NCBI GenBank assembly: GCA_000002445.1 | Contig: CH464491.1 | Span: 416,001 to 480,000, forward strand | Direction of reading: 5' to 3' | Origin: Trypanosoma brucei | Lineage: Eukaryota | DNA length: 64,000 nucleotides | Shown: one piece after another, positions 43,401 to 53,808 of the stretch | Layout: each line of letters starts with the position of its first letter | How positions within the stretch are numbered: position 1 is the stretch's first letter | The notes under the pieces: model-generated | What the model was told of the DNA's origin: nothing | Databases searched by the model: none | Seen by the model: only the letters and a program-made list of their open reading frames with translations | Program-made: the position numbers and the translations under genes

Positions 43401-45603
43401 ACACATAAATATGTGCAACACCGATTATCTCGGGATGCTGATGCTCCCACTCGCCTACATATGAAGGCAGTGGGTCTCAATGCATACCTCGTTAAATGTG
43501 AACCCAACGATAACGATATTCTGTGGGACAGATTCAAATAGATGAGACAACAGAGTAGTGTGCAGGCATTCAATACGTACAACAGTCAGACCTGTTGAGT
43601 TTGATTTAGTATTCAATAAGCGCGCTCATAAAGTAAGGCATATTGACCTTCACGTACACATAATCGTTGTTTCCATCACACTGCCGCGTCTGTTGTGCAT
43701 TCCCCCCATTTTCTTATCCACCTTCCCACCCAGATACCACAAACAAACCGCATGATCTCTCTTACACTTTCGAGCCAATACCGTCACCGAAAGTATACTG
43801 ACAGGCAGCTAGACAGGGTAAGATTTGGTTCTAATGACATAATGCTGCGTAGAGCAAAGGTAGTGGGGGGGGAAAAAAAAGGATGTGGAGAGGGATGGAG
43901 GGAGGAAGGGAACGAGCTGCATAGCAGGCCATTGCTCAGCCGAAAGGTGATTTTTGATGTTCCGTTATCAATGCATCGCTCAAACTGTTTGGACCTCGAA
44001 CAACAATTATGCATCACAGCATCAGTGGCCAAAAAGAAAACTAGTAGCACACATATACACACACACGAACATAAACATAAACATAAACATAAACAGGGAT
44101 GAATGACCTATGAGGAAGAGGGTGGATAAAAACAAAATAATAAGGATGGATGATACTCGATTCAGTGTGAGCTGAGTTAAAAATTATGTCTTCAAAATGG
44201 CTCTACTGCCGTCAGGCTGACAGGAAACTATTGACTGTCATCATTAGAGGGGAAGATAATGCATTTGAGTGCCAAAACTACAAATGGCTCTCGCGCAACA
44301 GGACAGGGGCCACATCCCCACGGCATTAAATGGTTGCCACTGGCCCAAGGGATGCTGCGCTGTATTGTTTCAACAGCACATAAGCAAAAACACATAAATA
44401 TGTGCAACACCGATTATCTCGGGATGCTGATGCTCCCACTCGCCTACATATGAAGGCAGTGGGTCTCAATGCATACCTCGTTAAATGTGAACCCAACGAT
44501 AACGATATTCTGTGGGACAGATTCAAATAGATGAGACAACAGAGTAGTGTGCAGGCATTCAATACGTACAACAGTCAGACCTGTTGAGTTTGATTTAGTA
44601 TTCAATAAGCGCGCTCATAAAGTAAGGCATATTGACCTTCACGTACACATAATCGTTGTTTCCATCACACTGCCGCGTCTGTTGTGCATTCCCCCCATTT
44701 TCTTATCCACCTTCCCACCCAGATACCACAAACAAACCGCACGATCTCTCTTACACTTTCGAGCCAATACCGTCACCGAAAGTATACTGACAGGCAGCTA
44801 GACAGGGTAAGATTTGGTTCTAATGACATAATGCTGCGTAGAGCAAAGGTAGTGGGGGGGGAAAAAAAAGGATGTGGAGAGGGATGGAGGAAGGAAGGGA
44901 ACGAGCTGCATAGCAGGCCATTGCTCAGCCGAAAGGTGATTTTTGATGTTCCGTTATCAATGCATCGCTCAAACTGTTTGGACCTCGAACAACAATTATG
45001 CATCACAGCATCAGTGGCCAAAAAGAAAACTAGTAGCACACATATACACACACACGAACATAAACATAAACATAAACATAAACAGGGATGAATGACCTAT
45101 GAGGAAGAGGGTGGATAAAAACAAAATAATAAGGATGGATGATACTCGATTCAGTGTGAGCTGAGTTAAAAATTATGTCTTCAAAATGGCTCTACTGCCG
45201 TCAGGCTGACAGGAAACTATTGACTGTCATCATTAGAGGGGAAGATAATGCATTTGAGTGCCAAAACTACAAATGGCTCTCGCGCAACAGGACAGGGGCC
45301 ACATCCCCACGGCATTAAATGGTTGCCACTGGCCCAAGGGATGCTGCGCTGTATTGTTTCAACAGCACATAAGCAAAAACACATAAATATGTGCAACACC
45401 GATTATCTCGGGATGCTGATGCTCCCATTCGCCTACATATGAAGGCAGTGGGTCTCAATGCATACCTCGTTAAATGTGAACCCAACGATAACGATATTCT
45501 GTGGGACAGATTCAAATAGATGAGACAACAGAGTAGTGTGCAGGCATTCAATACGTACAACAGTCAGACCTGTTGAGTTTGATTTAGTATTCAATAAGCG
45601 CGC
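40432..45603. repeat. tandem direct-repeat array: 5 full + 1 partial copies of a 984-991 bp unit, >99% identical
   Basis: The same 60-137 aa ORFs recur at 984-991 bp spacing (e.g. minus-strand ORF starts at 41450, 42434, 43421, 44410, 45399). The unit landmark cacataaatatgtgcaacacc falls at ~40440, 41431, 42415, 43402, 44391 and 45380. Copies differ only by a few SNPs, (CATAAA)3 vs (CATAAA)4, and a G8-11 A8 block. The array ends abruptly at ...caataagcgcgctc / ttttttttttggg. Confidence 0.95.
42180..42275 (-). ncRNA. candidate C/D-box snoRNA, one per repeat unit (coordinates given for the third copy); speculative
   Basis: On the minus strand the unit reads ...ccucuAAUGAUGAcagucaauaguuuccugucagcCUGAcggcaguagagccauuuugaagacauaauuuuuaacucagcucacaCUGAaucgag.... 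This gives a consensus C box (AUGAUGA), a CUGA about 22 nt downstream (D') and a second CUGA about 80 nt downstream (D), so the element is ~90 nt, a typical size for a trypanosome C/D snoRNA. The terminal stem is weak. No covariance search or expression data were available. Confidence 0.2.
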
Positions 45604-46826
45604 TCTTTTTTTTTGGGAGAGGGTTACTTCTATTTGCTATATTATTTTTCTTGAACTGCAATGCCTTGCGTGAAGAAAATTATGAGGTGAAAAAAAAAGG
45701 TGTCAAGTTTTTGCTGTTATGGAATTGGTTTTTTTAATGCTTACTTGCTAAACTTTTTTTTTTTGGAGCAGAAGTGTTTACACATTTTCTTTTTTTCAAC
45801 TCATCATCCTGTCTTCCATTTTGTTATGTAACTGATCTTTATACAAATAAGAATGGATATTTGCAATGGAGAACGTATCGGTAGGATGGATGTGAGTTCT
45901 GACCCTTTATTCTGTGATCAGTTGTGGGATTTGCAATATATCTCTCGTGCGTTTTTTTAGAAAAAATATACCAAAGGATGAACAACTTAATGGTAAACGT
46001 TGGATCTTTTCTGCCGAATTTTTTCTTTCTTTTCTTCCATAACTTTTTTTTCTTGGAAGGTGGTTCTTTTCTTAACTTCTACCAAAGCATCGCCGCGTTA
46101 TGCAGTGCAAAGAGGCGAGTTTTTTTTATGTCGATCGAACCACCCTTTAAAAACAAGCAAAACCACGGATACGTAAACGTGTTAATGAGGTTGAGTGATA
46201 GCTTTTGTGACCAATCACCTCACGTGTGGTAACGGTAAGTAAAACAAAACGATGTAAAATGCGGCAAGGCAACAACGCATATGCGCAGTCACTTATATAC
46301 GAACAAATAACGAAATGACATATATATAATGGCAATTCATAAAAAGTGAGAGTAACCATGCCTTTGCAGTTGTGGAATCGTTGTTTTCCCTATTTCATCG
46401 ATTCCCTTGGTGGTTTGCCTTCATATGAAGCTGTGTCGGGCGCTTTCGACATACCCATCAATGCAACAATTCAAACTTGCACTCAGTCACTTTTTCCTTT
46501 TCCCCGTATCGGCGTGAGCTCTACGCTATTTCTCCTCCACTCTGTAGATATTGAGACGCTTGAACGATAACGTATATGAAATGCCCAGCAGTTGCAACCG
46601 CAAGCTTACACATGGATCACTGGACCTTTCCCATGCATAAAGCTAAATGCCATCTCCGAGGCAAGGCAAGAGAGTCGTGAAATACATGATCAAACGAAAA
46701 AATACGAAATGAGGCGACAAACGGCGGACTTCGCTCCGCCCAATAACTCAAATAAATAACACGCACCATATCCTGATTGCTTTACATAACATCCATCTCG
46801 CCACCCCTCGTCAGAACAAACAATTC

Positions 46827-48062
46827 TTAAAGACTGTTGATCAAATCTTTCGTAATGTTCTTGTGATGTGCCTCGAGTGTGCCGCCGCCGATCTCAAGCA
46901 ACTTCGCATCCCGCCACAGCCGCTCCACCGGCATATCACGCGCATATCCCATACCACCCATAACTTGCATGGCGTTGTCAGCCGCCCGCTTCGCAACAGG
47001 CGCTGCAAACAATTTTACCGCATCGCTCCCCAGGCGGTTGCAATTTCCTGGCGCCACACTCCTGCTTACAGCATATGTAAGTGATTTGGCCGCCTCCGTT
47101 TCTGCAAACGTCTCGGCAATGTAGCGCTGAATCTGTCCATAATTCCAAATGTGTTTACCAAACGTCTTACGCTCATTGGCATAACACGTCATGAGTTCCA
47201 CGCAACGATCAGCAATACCCACCGCCATTGCGGCCAATGTGAGACGCTCAACCTCCAGGTTACGCATCATTGCCACAAGCCCTTTCCCTTCAGTGCCGAG
47301 CAGATTCTCCTCTCCAAGCACCACATTATCGAAGAAAAGTTGACACATGTGAGACCCACGCATGCCGCACTTGTCAATCTTCTTCCCCACAGAAAACCCC
47401 GATGCACCCTTCTCTACAACGAACGCGGTGATTTTGCCGTCAACCTTTGCATACACAAGAACAAGGTCAGCAACGGTACCATTTGTCACCCACGTCTTGC
47501 CACCGTTAAGAATATACTTTCCATTACTTTCTTTTGTCGCAGTGGTCAGCATACCAAGAACATCTGTACCCGCACCGGGTTCCGACATGCCCATTGCACC
47601 TATGTGCTCGCCTGTAAGCACTTTGGGGAGCCACCGCTCCCGTTGTGCCGCTGTGGAAGCATGATAGAAGTTGTTCACAAAAAGCATCGAGTGAGCCAAG
47701 TAGGCGAGACAAAAGCCTGGATCCACTTTGGAAAGCTCGTGGTGGATAACAACCGCTGCCGTGGCGTCCATTCCAGCACCACCGTCTCCCTCAGGAATGG
47801 TTACACCGAGTACACCAAGGTCACCCAACTCGCGTAGGAGATCAACATTAAAATGCATGTCAATATCGCTCTGTTTTGCCTGCGTTTCAACCCGCTCCGC
47901 TGCGAATCTTTGAACCGTTTCACGCAGCATCTTGTGTTCAGGTGTTGGGTTTAAAAGATAATCCAAGTTAACGGTCGTCGAAGGAGAGAAAAAACGGAGA
48001 CCACATGGTGCTACCAGCGCAGTGTAGTGTCGTCTAATAGACGCTAAACGATACGAGCGCAT
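46827..48062 (-). CDS. IVD: isovaleryl-CoA dehydrogenase, mitochondrial (acyl-CoA dehydrogenase family)
   Basis: Strong block-wise similarity to IVD: [67 protein letters not shown] and [15 protein letters not shown] align with human IVD GNLGVLGITAP..., [49 protein letters not shown] and LRDAKLYEIGAGTSE. The track start at 48101 is a TTG. The first ATG (~48062) gives [13 protein letters not shown]..., an Arg-rich mitochondrial-type presequence. Confidence 0.85.
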   Translation of the reverse strand: [411 protein letters not shown]

Positions 48063-48838
48063 GCTCAACAGGGGGAAATGAAACAAAACGCTCAAATTCA
48101 ATAAGGCTCCTGTTTTCCCCCTCTTTTAATTCCCCACAAGTACAAGTTTCTTTTTCGATAATACCAACGAGATGCCGCAACAATCCACTACCCTCCCGGT
48201 AGTGTCAGCAGTTTCCCCCTTAATTTTCCACTTCCCCCACGATTATCCTCTACCCACCAGTTGGCTGCGCAGCGTCTAAGCACAGCACAAACAGTCACCG
48301 GCGCGTGAAAAAAAAAAAACTTATTCTGTCAAAGGTTTGTCGTCCGATGGCCTCCCGTTTTCGCTTGTTTTTATCCCTACTACTTTTCCCTTCCCTTCAA
48401 TTTTTTTTCAGGCACTGCGTATTTTGGGATGCAACGATGTGTGCAGACACTATCGAGGGAAGAACGAAAGATAGGAAGAAGGCTACAAAACAACAAGTGT
48501 ATTACTAAAAGTGAAGCAGAAGCAAATCCACAGCAAAAAAGGGAGCTCATGTAAACCTCCCCCCCCCTTCTTTTACAGGAAGCCACAAAGTGAGGGGAGC
48601 GATGCGGTCAGCTCACGCTTGCACAAGATCAAACAACAACAACCACAACAACCGACAAATAAGGTAGCGACACTTCCCTTCCTCGAACCAATCCTTCGTC
48701 CCTCTTCTCCAGCTCAGTTTCCAACCACTTTGCCGTTACCGAACCCGACAATATACCTCAAAACCGACACAAACAATATCAGGGAGAACGTACCGCCGTA
48801 GTTTTAAAACATACAAACTGCTTTATGCCATCAGCCAT

Positions 48839-50413
48839 TCATTTTACACCTCCATCGCAGACTCGCACATCTGCAACTGCTTGCTTCTCGGGATGAAAGC
48901 TCATGAAAGTAATCTTCCCATCCTCACTCTCCAAGAACCTCATGTGTCGCACCTGCAGCAGGTCCTGCTCCGCAGCAGTCAATTCATCCACCTTCACCTG
49001 AGACATTAAGCGACGCGTTTCATCCAACAGGAACTCTGAAGAGAAAGAGTTCGTCAACTTTTCACCCTGGTTAACGCTCTCCTCTTTTATTACCATGTGA
49101 ATTGGAGAAGAAAAGCGACCACGGAGCCCCAATACAGCAATGCATTGTTCCAACGGTGAAAAGCACGGTAGAGGGGATTCCGACACGGGTCGGATCTTTC
49201 CTAACAATCCCTTAACGTGCGATGCTCCCTTCAGCATCCCCGCTGTCGGTTTCTTCGTATGTGCTCGAAATTTGTAATCGTAGCACTGACCGGCCACGAT
49301 GGATCTGAGAGCCCACACTGCACCTTTCAACAGCTCCACACCTTCCTCTATCGCCTCCCTCGAGAGTGGGGACTCCTTCATTGTCATTTGTTTAATTTTA
49401 GACATGTACTTGGCCGGTGAACTGACGTCTTTCACTGCCATTACGGCGCGCAGAAACTCAATATCCACATCGAAACCCTCTCCACGTATGAGTGATCTCT
49501 TAAAATAACCACAGTGGAGACGAAGTTCTCTGTAACGACGCCAGAAAACAAGAGCCACCTTTCCAATTCCCTCAAACCAGTCGCCTCCACTAAGCAGCAT
49601 TAGGAAGACGAAATCAATACGATACGACGGTAACAAATCGGGTCGTATTTGATTCCCCGGTGAAGACGACCCCCAGTGTTTGAAAAGTTCACCAACATCG
49701 GTCAGAGCGTAGTCTCGGGGATCCACTATGGTGAATTTGGTATATGGAGTGCAGGCAACACCAACTAGCACCAAGTCGGAATCATTTCCGACGACTATAA
49801 TTTCATCATCTCCCGTATATGTTTGTGACTTCCGTTGCTCCAGCCAGATGGTACGCAAGACACAAACCACTTTTAGCTCGCCTTCACCACCTTCAGCGCA
49901 GCCACTCATAATAATTGTGTAATTCCTTCCCTCTCCCGGTGGCACACAAAATTCACCACCAATCCCAAATGCACATCTCACCGCATCTTCGCACGCAAGT
50001 AAAAATTCAGACCCCGCGATAATTTCTTCGCGTGAAAATGAGATTTCCTGCCCAATGTAGTCGTGATTGTATCTTAACTCGAGCGAACTTGTACACTCGC
50101 TACTGTGTCGCTTGTTATACGATGCACGCCGGGTCTTCTGTGTCTGAAGTTTGGCGCAAGGCGCAACCCCGTCAAAGAGAATCACAAGGGTTTCACTGGG
50201 GGGAAATGCGGAAATGAGCTTCTGCACAGCCTCAACTACTCCTTCAATCACTGACTTGGTGGTGAAAACATTGGTTGGCACGATATAATGAACAATGGCA
50301 TTCATATCTAAAAGCAGGTGGTTGGTCCTCTTGACGACACCGTCCCTGCCCCTGCTCGAACTTCTGACGAGACCATGTTTCTCGACATAATTTCGTAGCC
50401 CCTTGGTGCCCAT
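48839..50413 (-). CDS. XRN-family 5'-3' exoribonuclease, short form (conserved XRN N-terminal nuclease core only, 524 aa)
   Basis: MGTKGLRNY...LLLDMNAIVHYIV matches the XRN N-terminus (MGVPKFFRW...LYLDMNGIIH). ILFDGVAPCAKLQTQKTRR matches AIDGVAPRAKMNQQRSRR. EGGEGELKV matches PGEGEHKI. VVGNDSDLVLVGV matches GLDADLIMLGL. The acidic catalytic residues are conserved. There is no long C-terminal extension. The ORF starts at an ATG. Confidence 0.7.
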   Translation of the reverse strand: MGTKGLRNYVEKHGLVRSSSRGRDGVVKRTNHLLLDMNAIVHYIVPTNVFTTKSVIEGVVEAVQKLISAFPPSETLVILFDGVAPCAKLQTQKTRRASYNKRHSSECTSSLELRYNHDYIGQEISFSREEIIAGSEFLLACEDAVRCAFGIGGEFCVPPGEGRNYTIIMSGCAEGGEGELKVVCVLRTIWLEQRKSQTYTGDDEIIVVGNDSDLVLVGVACTPYTKFTIVDPRDYALTDVGELFKHWGSSSPGNQIRPDLLPSYRIDFVFLMLLSGGDWFEGIGKVALVFWRRYRELRLHCGYFKRSLIRGEGFDVDIEFLRAVMAVKDVSSPAKYMSKIKQMTMKESPLSREAIEEGVELLKGAVWALRSIVAGQCYDYKFRAHTKKPTAGMLKGASHVKGLLGKIRPVSESPLPCFSPLEQCIAVLGLRGRFSSPIHMVIKEESVNQGEKLTNSFSSEFLLDETRRLMSQVKVDELTAAEQDLLQVRHMRFLESEDGKITFMSFHPEKQAVADVRVCDGGVK

Positions 50414-51678
50414 AACAATTTTCTCTGTGGCACCTTCCCTTCAAAAATAAACAAATAAATAAACGCAGTTTAGGGTAGCGTAGAGTAGTGTAAACGGGAA
50501 GAAAAAGTAAACTCAGCACTGGAGCAACGGCCCTTGCATGCGAAAACAAGTGCACTGAGGGAAAGAAAAGGTGCTATTTCTTTAGGAACCGGAATGTAAA
50601 TTACAGCATCTGAGTAAAAATTCGGGCAATCAGTAAAACCGCAGAACATCGAAAAGAGGCGGTTATTTCACGGAGGAAATGGCACACAGATTATGATAAG
50701 GCAATGTTTTCCGTGGTTCCGCCACAAGCGCGCACCACCTAGTGGGAGACACGGTGAAGTTGAATGTCAACACGACAATTTATAAAATTCTCATTCCGAA
50801 AAGTTCTATAAACGGTCATCACATTCACACGTTGCTCCTCTGACAATATGAAAACTGATTGAGCCGCATTAAACATCATTTCATGTACATCTCTCACCTT
50901 AATCACTTATTTACTGGATTCTCGGTAGTAAAGTCGCTCCATGTTTTGCGAAGATGCCTCCACACACACACGCACACACGCCTACAGTAGCACCAAATTG
51001 CATGAAACATTTCTGAATGTAATGAGTCATTAAGACATAAAAACATATGAACATATAAATATATATATATTTATATGTTTTTATGGGTGTACGGATGAAG
51101 TAACACCACGACATTTGTGCTCGCACCACCGCAAGCAGATTCAACCTTAATGATTTTCACCAGCTCTGGATTTACAATCATCAGCACCTGCTTTACTGTA
51201 TTAATGCACCGTTAGGCGAGCTAAACGTATGCACACACATTTCTCCCCTTCTTTATGGTATTTTTTTTCTTTTCGGTTTTGACTCAACAGAAATGAATAC
51301 CTTGTATACCTTTACTCTTCAACATTACCGAAAGTGATGAAAGTGTTGAATTATTATTATTATTATTTTGACGGTTGTGCGCGTATGTCCGTACGGCATC
51401 TGTCCACTTTCCCCCATCTAAAAAAAAAAAACAGCTCAACCTTGCCCACTTTGTTTTTTATTTCCTCCACAACCACTCCATCCTTCCCCACTCGAGCAAA
51501 CCACATCCCTTCCAGACATACTTTTTCTTTTTCTTTTCATGCCTTTGTCCATGTGGTGATGATAATTGTTATTAGCGTAAAATAACAAGACGTAAAACAT
51601 GAAAAAATAAATAAATAAAAATAAAGATAAAAATGAAGATAAAAAAGGAAGCGTGGAAAGGCATCACCTGAATTACAA

Positions 51679-52674
51679 CTACAATTTCTCCACCCACTTC
51701 TCATAACCCTCCCAGGGAGTGGACTCTCTGCAAATATCTTTTAATCCGCCCTCGCCCTGCTGGAACACCATAAAATGAGGAATTCCAGTCACCTTAATGA
51801 ACGGATGCGTGCGGTAGAGATATTTTGGGTTACCCAAATATACGGAGCGTTCAACATTGCATTGCACATAAACGACGCGGCGCTTCTCCTTCGCTGCCTT
51901 CACTGCGCGCTGCACCATTGGCTCTGCAAGAACACACGGAGGACACCACGACTTGTGGGTTTTGGGATGCGACACACCTTTTATAAGCACCACAAGGATA
52001 TCACCGGGTTGCAGTGCGGCTTTGACCTTCTCAAGTGTAGCATCGAAGTCCCTTGGATTTTTTACCAGAATGTTATCTGTATCATTCGCTGGGCCCATCG
52101 CTGTTTCGACTGGCGGATTGTTAATAAAAAACATGTGCTCCTCATGCGCTTCCACCGCTTCCTTGACAAGTGCTTCGGAAAGTCCAGCGGTGTCACGAGG
52201 AATGGGGCGAAAGGTTTCTGCGCGTCTGAAAAGACGGAGGCAAGTGGCGGGTCCCGAGTTGGAAGAAACAACTCGATGATACATTCCGGGGGGGAGAACA
52301 ATCACGTCACCCATTTTCCCCTCAATGCGTACCCACTCATCCTTCTCATTGCGCACATCCACATAAATAATACCACTTTCCACAATTCGCATTTGTTCAT
52401 CCACGTTAAGGTGTTCCATACTCTCATCCTTCGACGGTGTGGTAAACGTAACCTTCTCCAGTGTTTTGTAACCGAGGTTCCAAATGAGTCGCTGGGCGTA
52501 CGTACGGCCTTCATCGTCATCGGGGTGGCGTTCGTGAAGTGTTGCGACATCTATGCTGCGACTATAAACAAGAAATGTTTCCAATTGCACATCCGTCACG
52601 GGGACGTCTGGTGAGCAGTGACATGGTGCAGTAATATCACCCTCTTGTGTGTTCAATAACCAACTGCTCGGCAT
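51679..52674 (-). CDS. fusion protein: acireductone dioxygenase (ARD, cupin, methionine-salvage enzyme) N-terminal domain + TRP14/TXNDC17-like thioredoxin-fold domain (WCPPC motif)
   Basis: N-terminal half: SGIIYVDVRNEKDEWVRIEGKMGDVIVLPPGMYHRVV...CLRLFRRAETFRPIPR aligns with human ADI1 [35 protein letters not shown]...AMRLFVGEPVWTAYNR. C-terminal half: KSWCPPCVLAEPMV...VVYVQCNVERSVYLGNPKYLYRTHPFIKVTGIPHFMVF aligns with TXNDC17 KSWCPDCVQAEPVV...[33 protein letters not shown]. The track start (52716) is a GTG with a Lys-rich leader. The first ATG near 52674 gives MPSSWLL. Confidence 0.6.
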   Translation of the reverse strand: MPSSWLLNTQEGDITAPCHCSPDVPVTDVQLETFLVYSRSIDVATLHERHPDDDEGRTYAQRLIWNLGYKTLEKVTFTTPSKDESMEHLNVDEQMRIVESGIIYVDVRNEKDEWVRIEGKMGDVIVLPPGMYHRVVSSNSGPATCLRLFRRAETFRPIPRDTAGLSEALVKEAVEAHEEHMFFINNPPVETAMGPANDTDNILVKNPRDFDATLEKVKAALQPGDILVVLIKGVSHPKTHKSWCPPCVLAEPMVQRAVKAAKEKRRVVYVQCNVERSVYLGNPKYLYRTHPFIKVTGIPHFMVFQQGEGGLKDICRESTPWEGYEKWVEKL

Positions 52675-52822
52675 TGTTTGATTCTTCCGTTTTGTTTTCT
52701 TTTTTCTTTTTTGCACCTTTAATTAACTTACCTGCACGGGTTTCGCAAAAGTTGACGATGTCTGTAACCTCGATGGGCCCCTAATTAAAGTCCACGATAT
52801 CGGGAACGGGAAGGAAGAGGAG

Positions 52823-52824
<2 letters not shown>

Positions 52825-52878
<54 letters not shown>
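52825..52878. repeat. (CA)27 dinucleotide microsatellite in the intergenic region
   Basis: An uninterrupted cacaca... run of ~54 nt read directly from the sequence. Confidence 0.9.
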
Positions 52879-52879
<1 letters not shown>

Positions 52880-53808
52880 CCAAGGAAAGAAAAAAAAGGA
52901 AAGGAAAGGATAAAAAGATTTTTAAAATATATTTCAAGAATGGTTAAAAAACGTATTGAACAGTGATTGGGAAGAGCTCACAAAACAAAATGATGTTATT
53001 AACTCTCACAAAGTTTTCCCCACTTTTGGAGTCCACATGAATGAGCTGAAGTATACCGCGCAGATTTGTGGTTTCACACATCTCCATATTTTGGGGGAGG
53101 GGGGATCGAAACCGAACCACAGTTAAATGTCGTGTCGCATCATTTCAACAGGACCCGAATGTTTGCCGTCACTTGAAATGTATTTTGACATGCCTCTCAT
53201 CCGGGTGATGTTAAGGGAAAAAGGGAAAGGCAGTAAAACAAAAAACAAAAAAACAAAAAGAAAAAAAATAATAACAACAACAAACAAAAAATAAATACCA
53301 ACTACGCGTGAGAAGGCGAAACTTAAAATGTTATGATGATCTGGACATAAGCCGTCCAACCAGCCCCCGTACAGTTATGGGTTGATTTAATATGTGAAGA
53401 TGCCAATTTTTTTTTGTAATTGCGGCCACATTTAAGTGTTATACCCAATTTATTACCATTCTTAACACCAAATAAACGTCGACTAAACAACATATATAAC
53501 AGTCAAAAATAATTTAGAAAAGAAAAATATAAAACAACTTTTATATACGTTACGGAAGTGGACAGGGGGATCGAAATAAGCTTGCGGTGTGCGTGGAGAG
53601 GGAGGGGAAAGGAACAATAATAACAGTGAAACAAGAAAAAAAAAAGGAAAAAGGTCCGGAGCGAAAAAAAAAAACAAATAGAATTAAAGTGGCCCAGCTA
53701 TGCAGAAGTTATGGAACGGTACGAAAAATATTAAACAGGAGTAATGCACAAAGAGGGGGAGAAGGGAAGATGGCACGACATAAAGTACTGACGCGACTTG
53801 CGCCGACG

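Noticed and set aside
40402-45560. Multiple 60-138 aa ORFs on both strands inside the tandem array (e.g. 41268-41450, 41366-41611, 41679-42092, 42708-43124)
   Set aside because: They repeat only because the DNA repeats, occur in several overlapping frames on both strands, and are Cys/Leu-rich low-complexity translations without protein-like motifs. The 135-138 aa versions include a translated (CATAAA)n and G/A homopolymer stretch. They are treated as non-coding.
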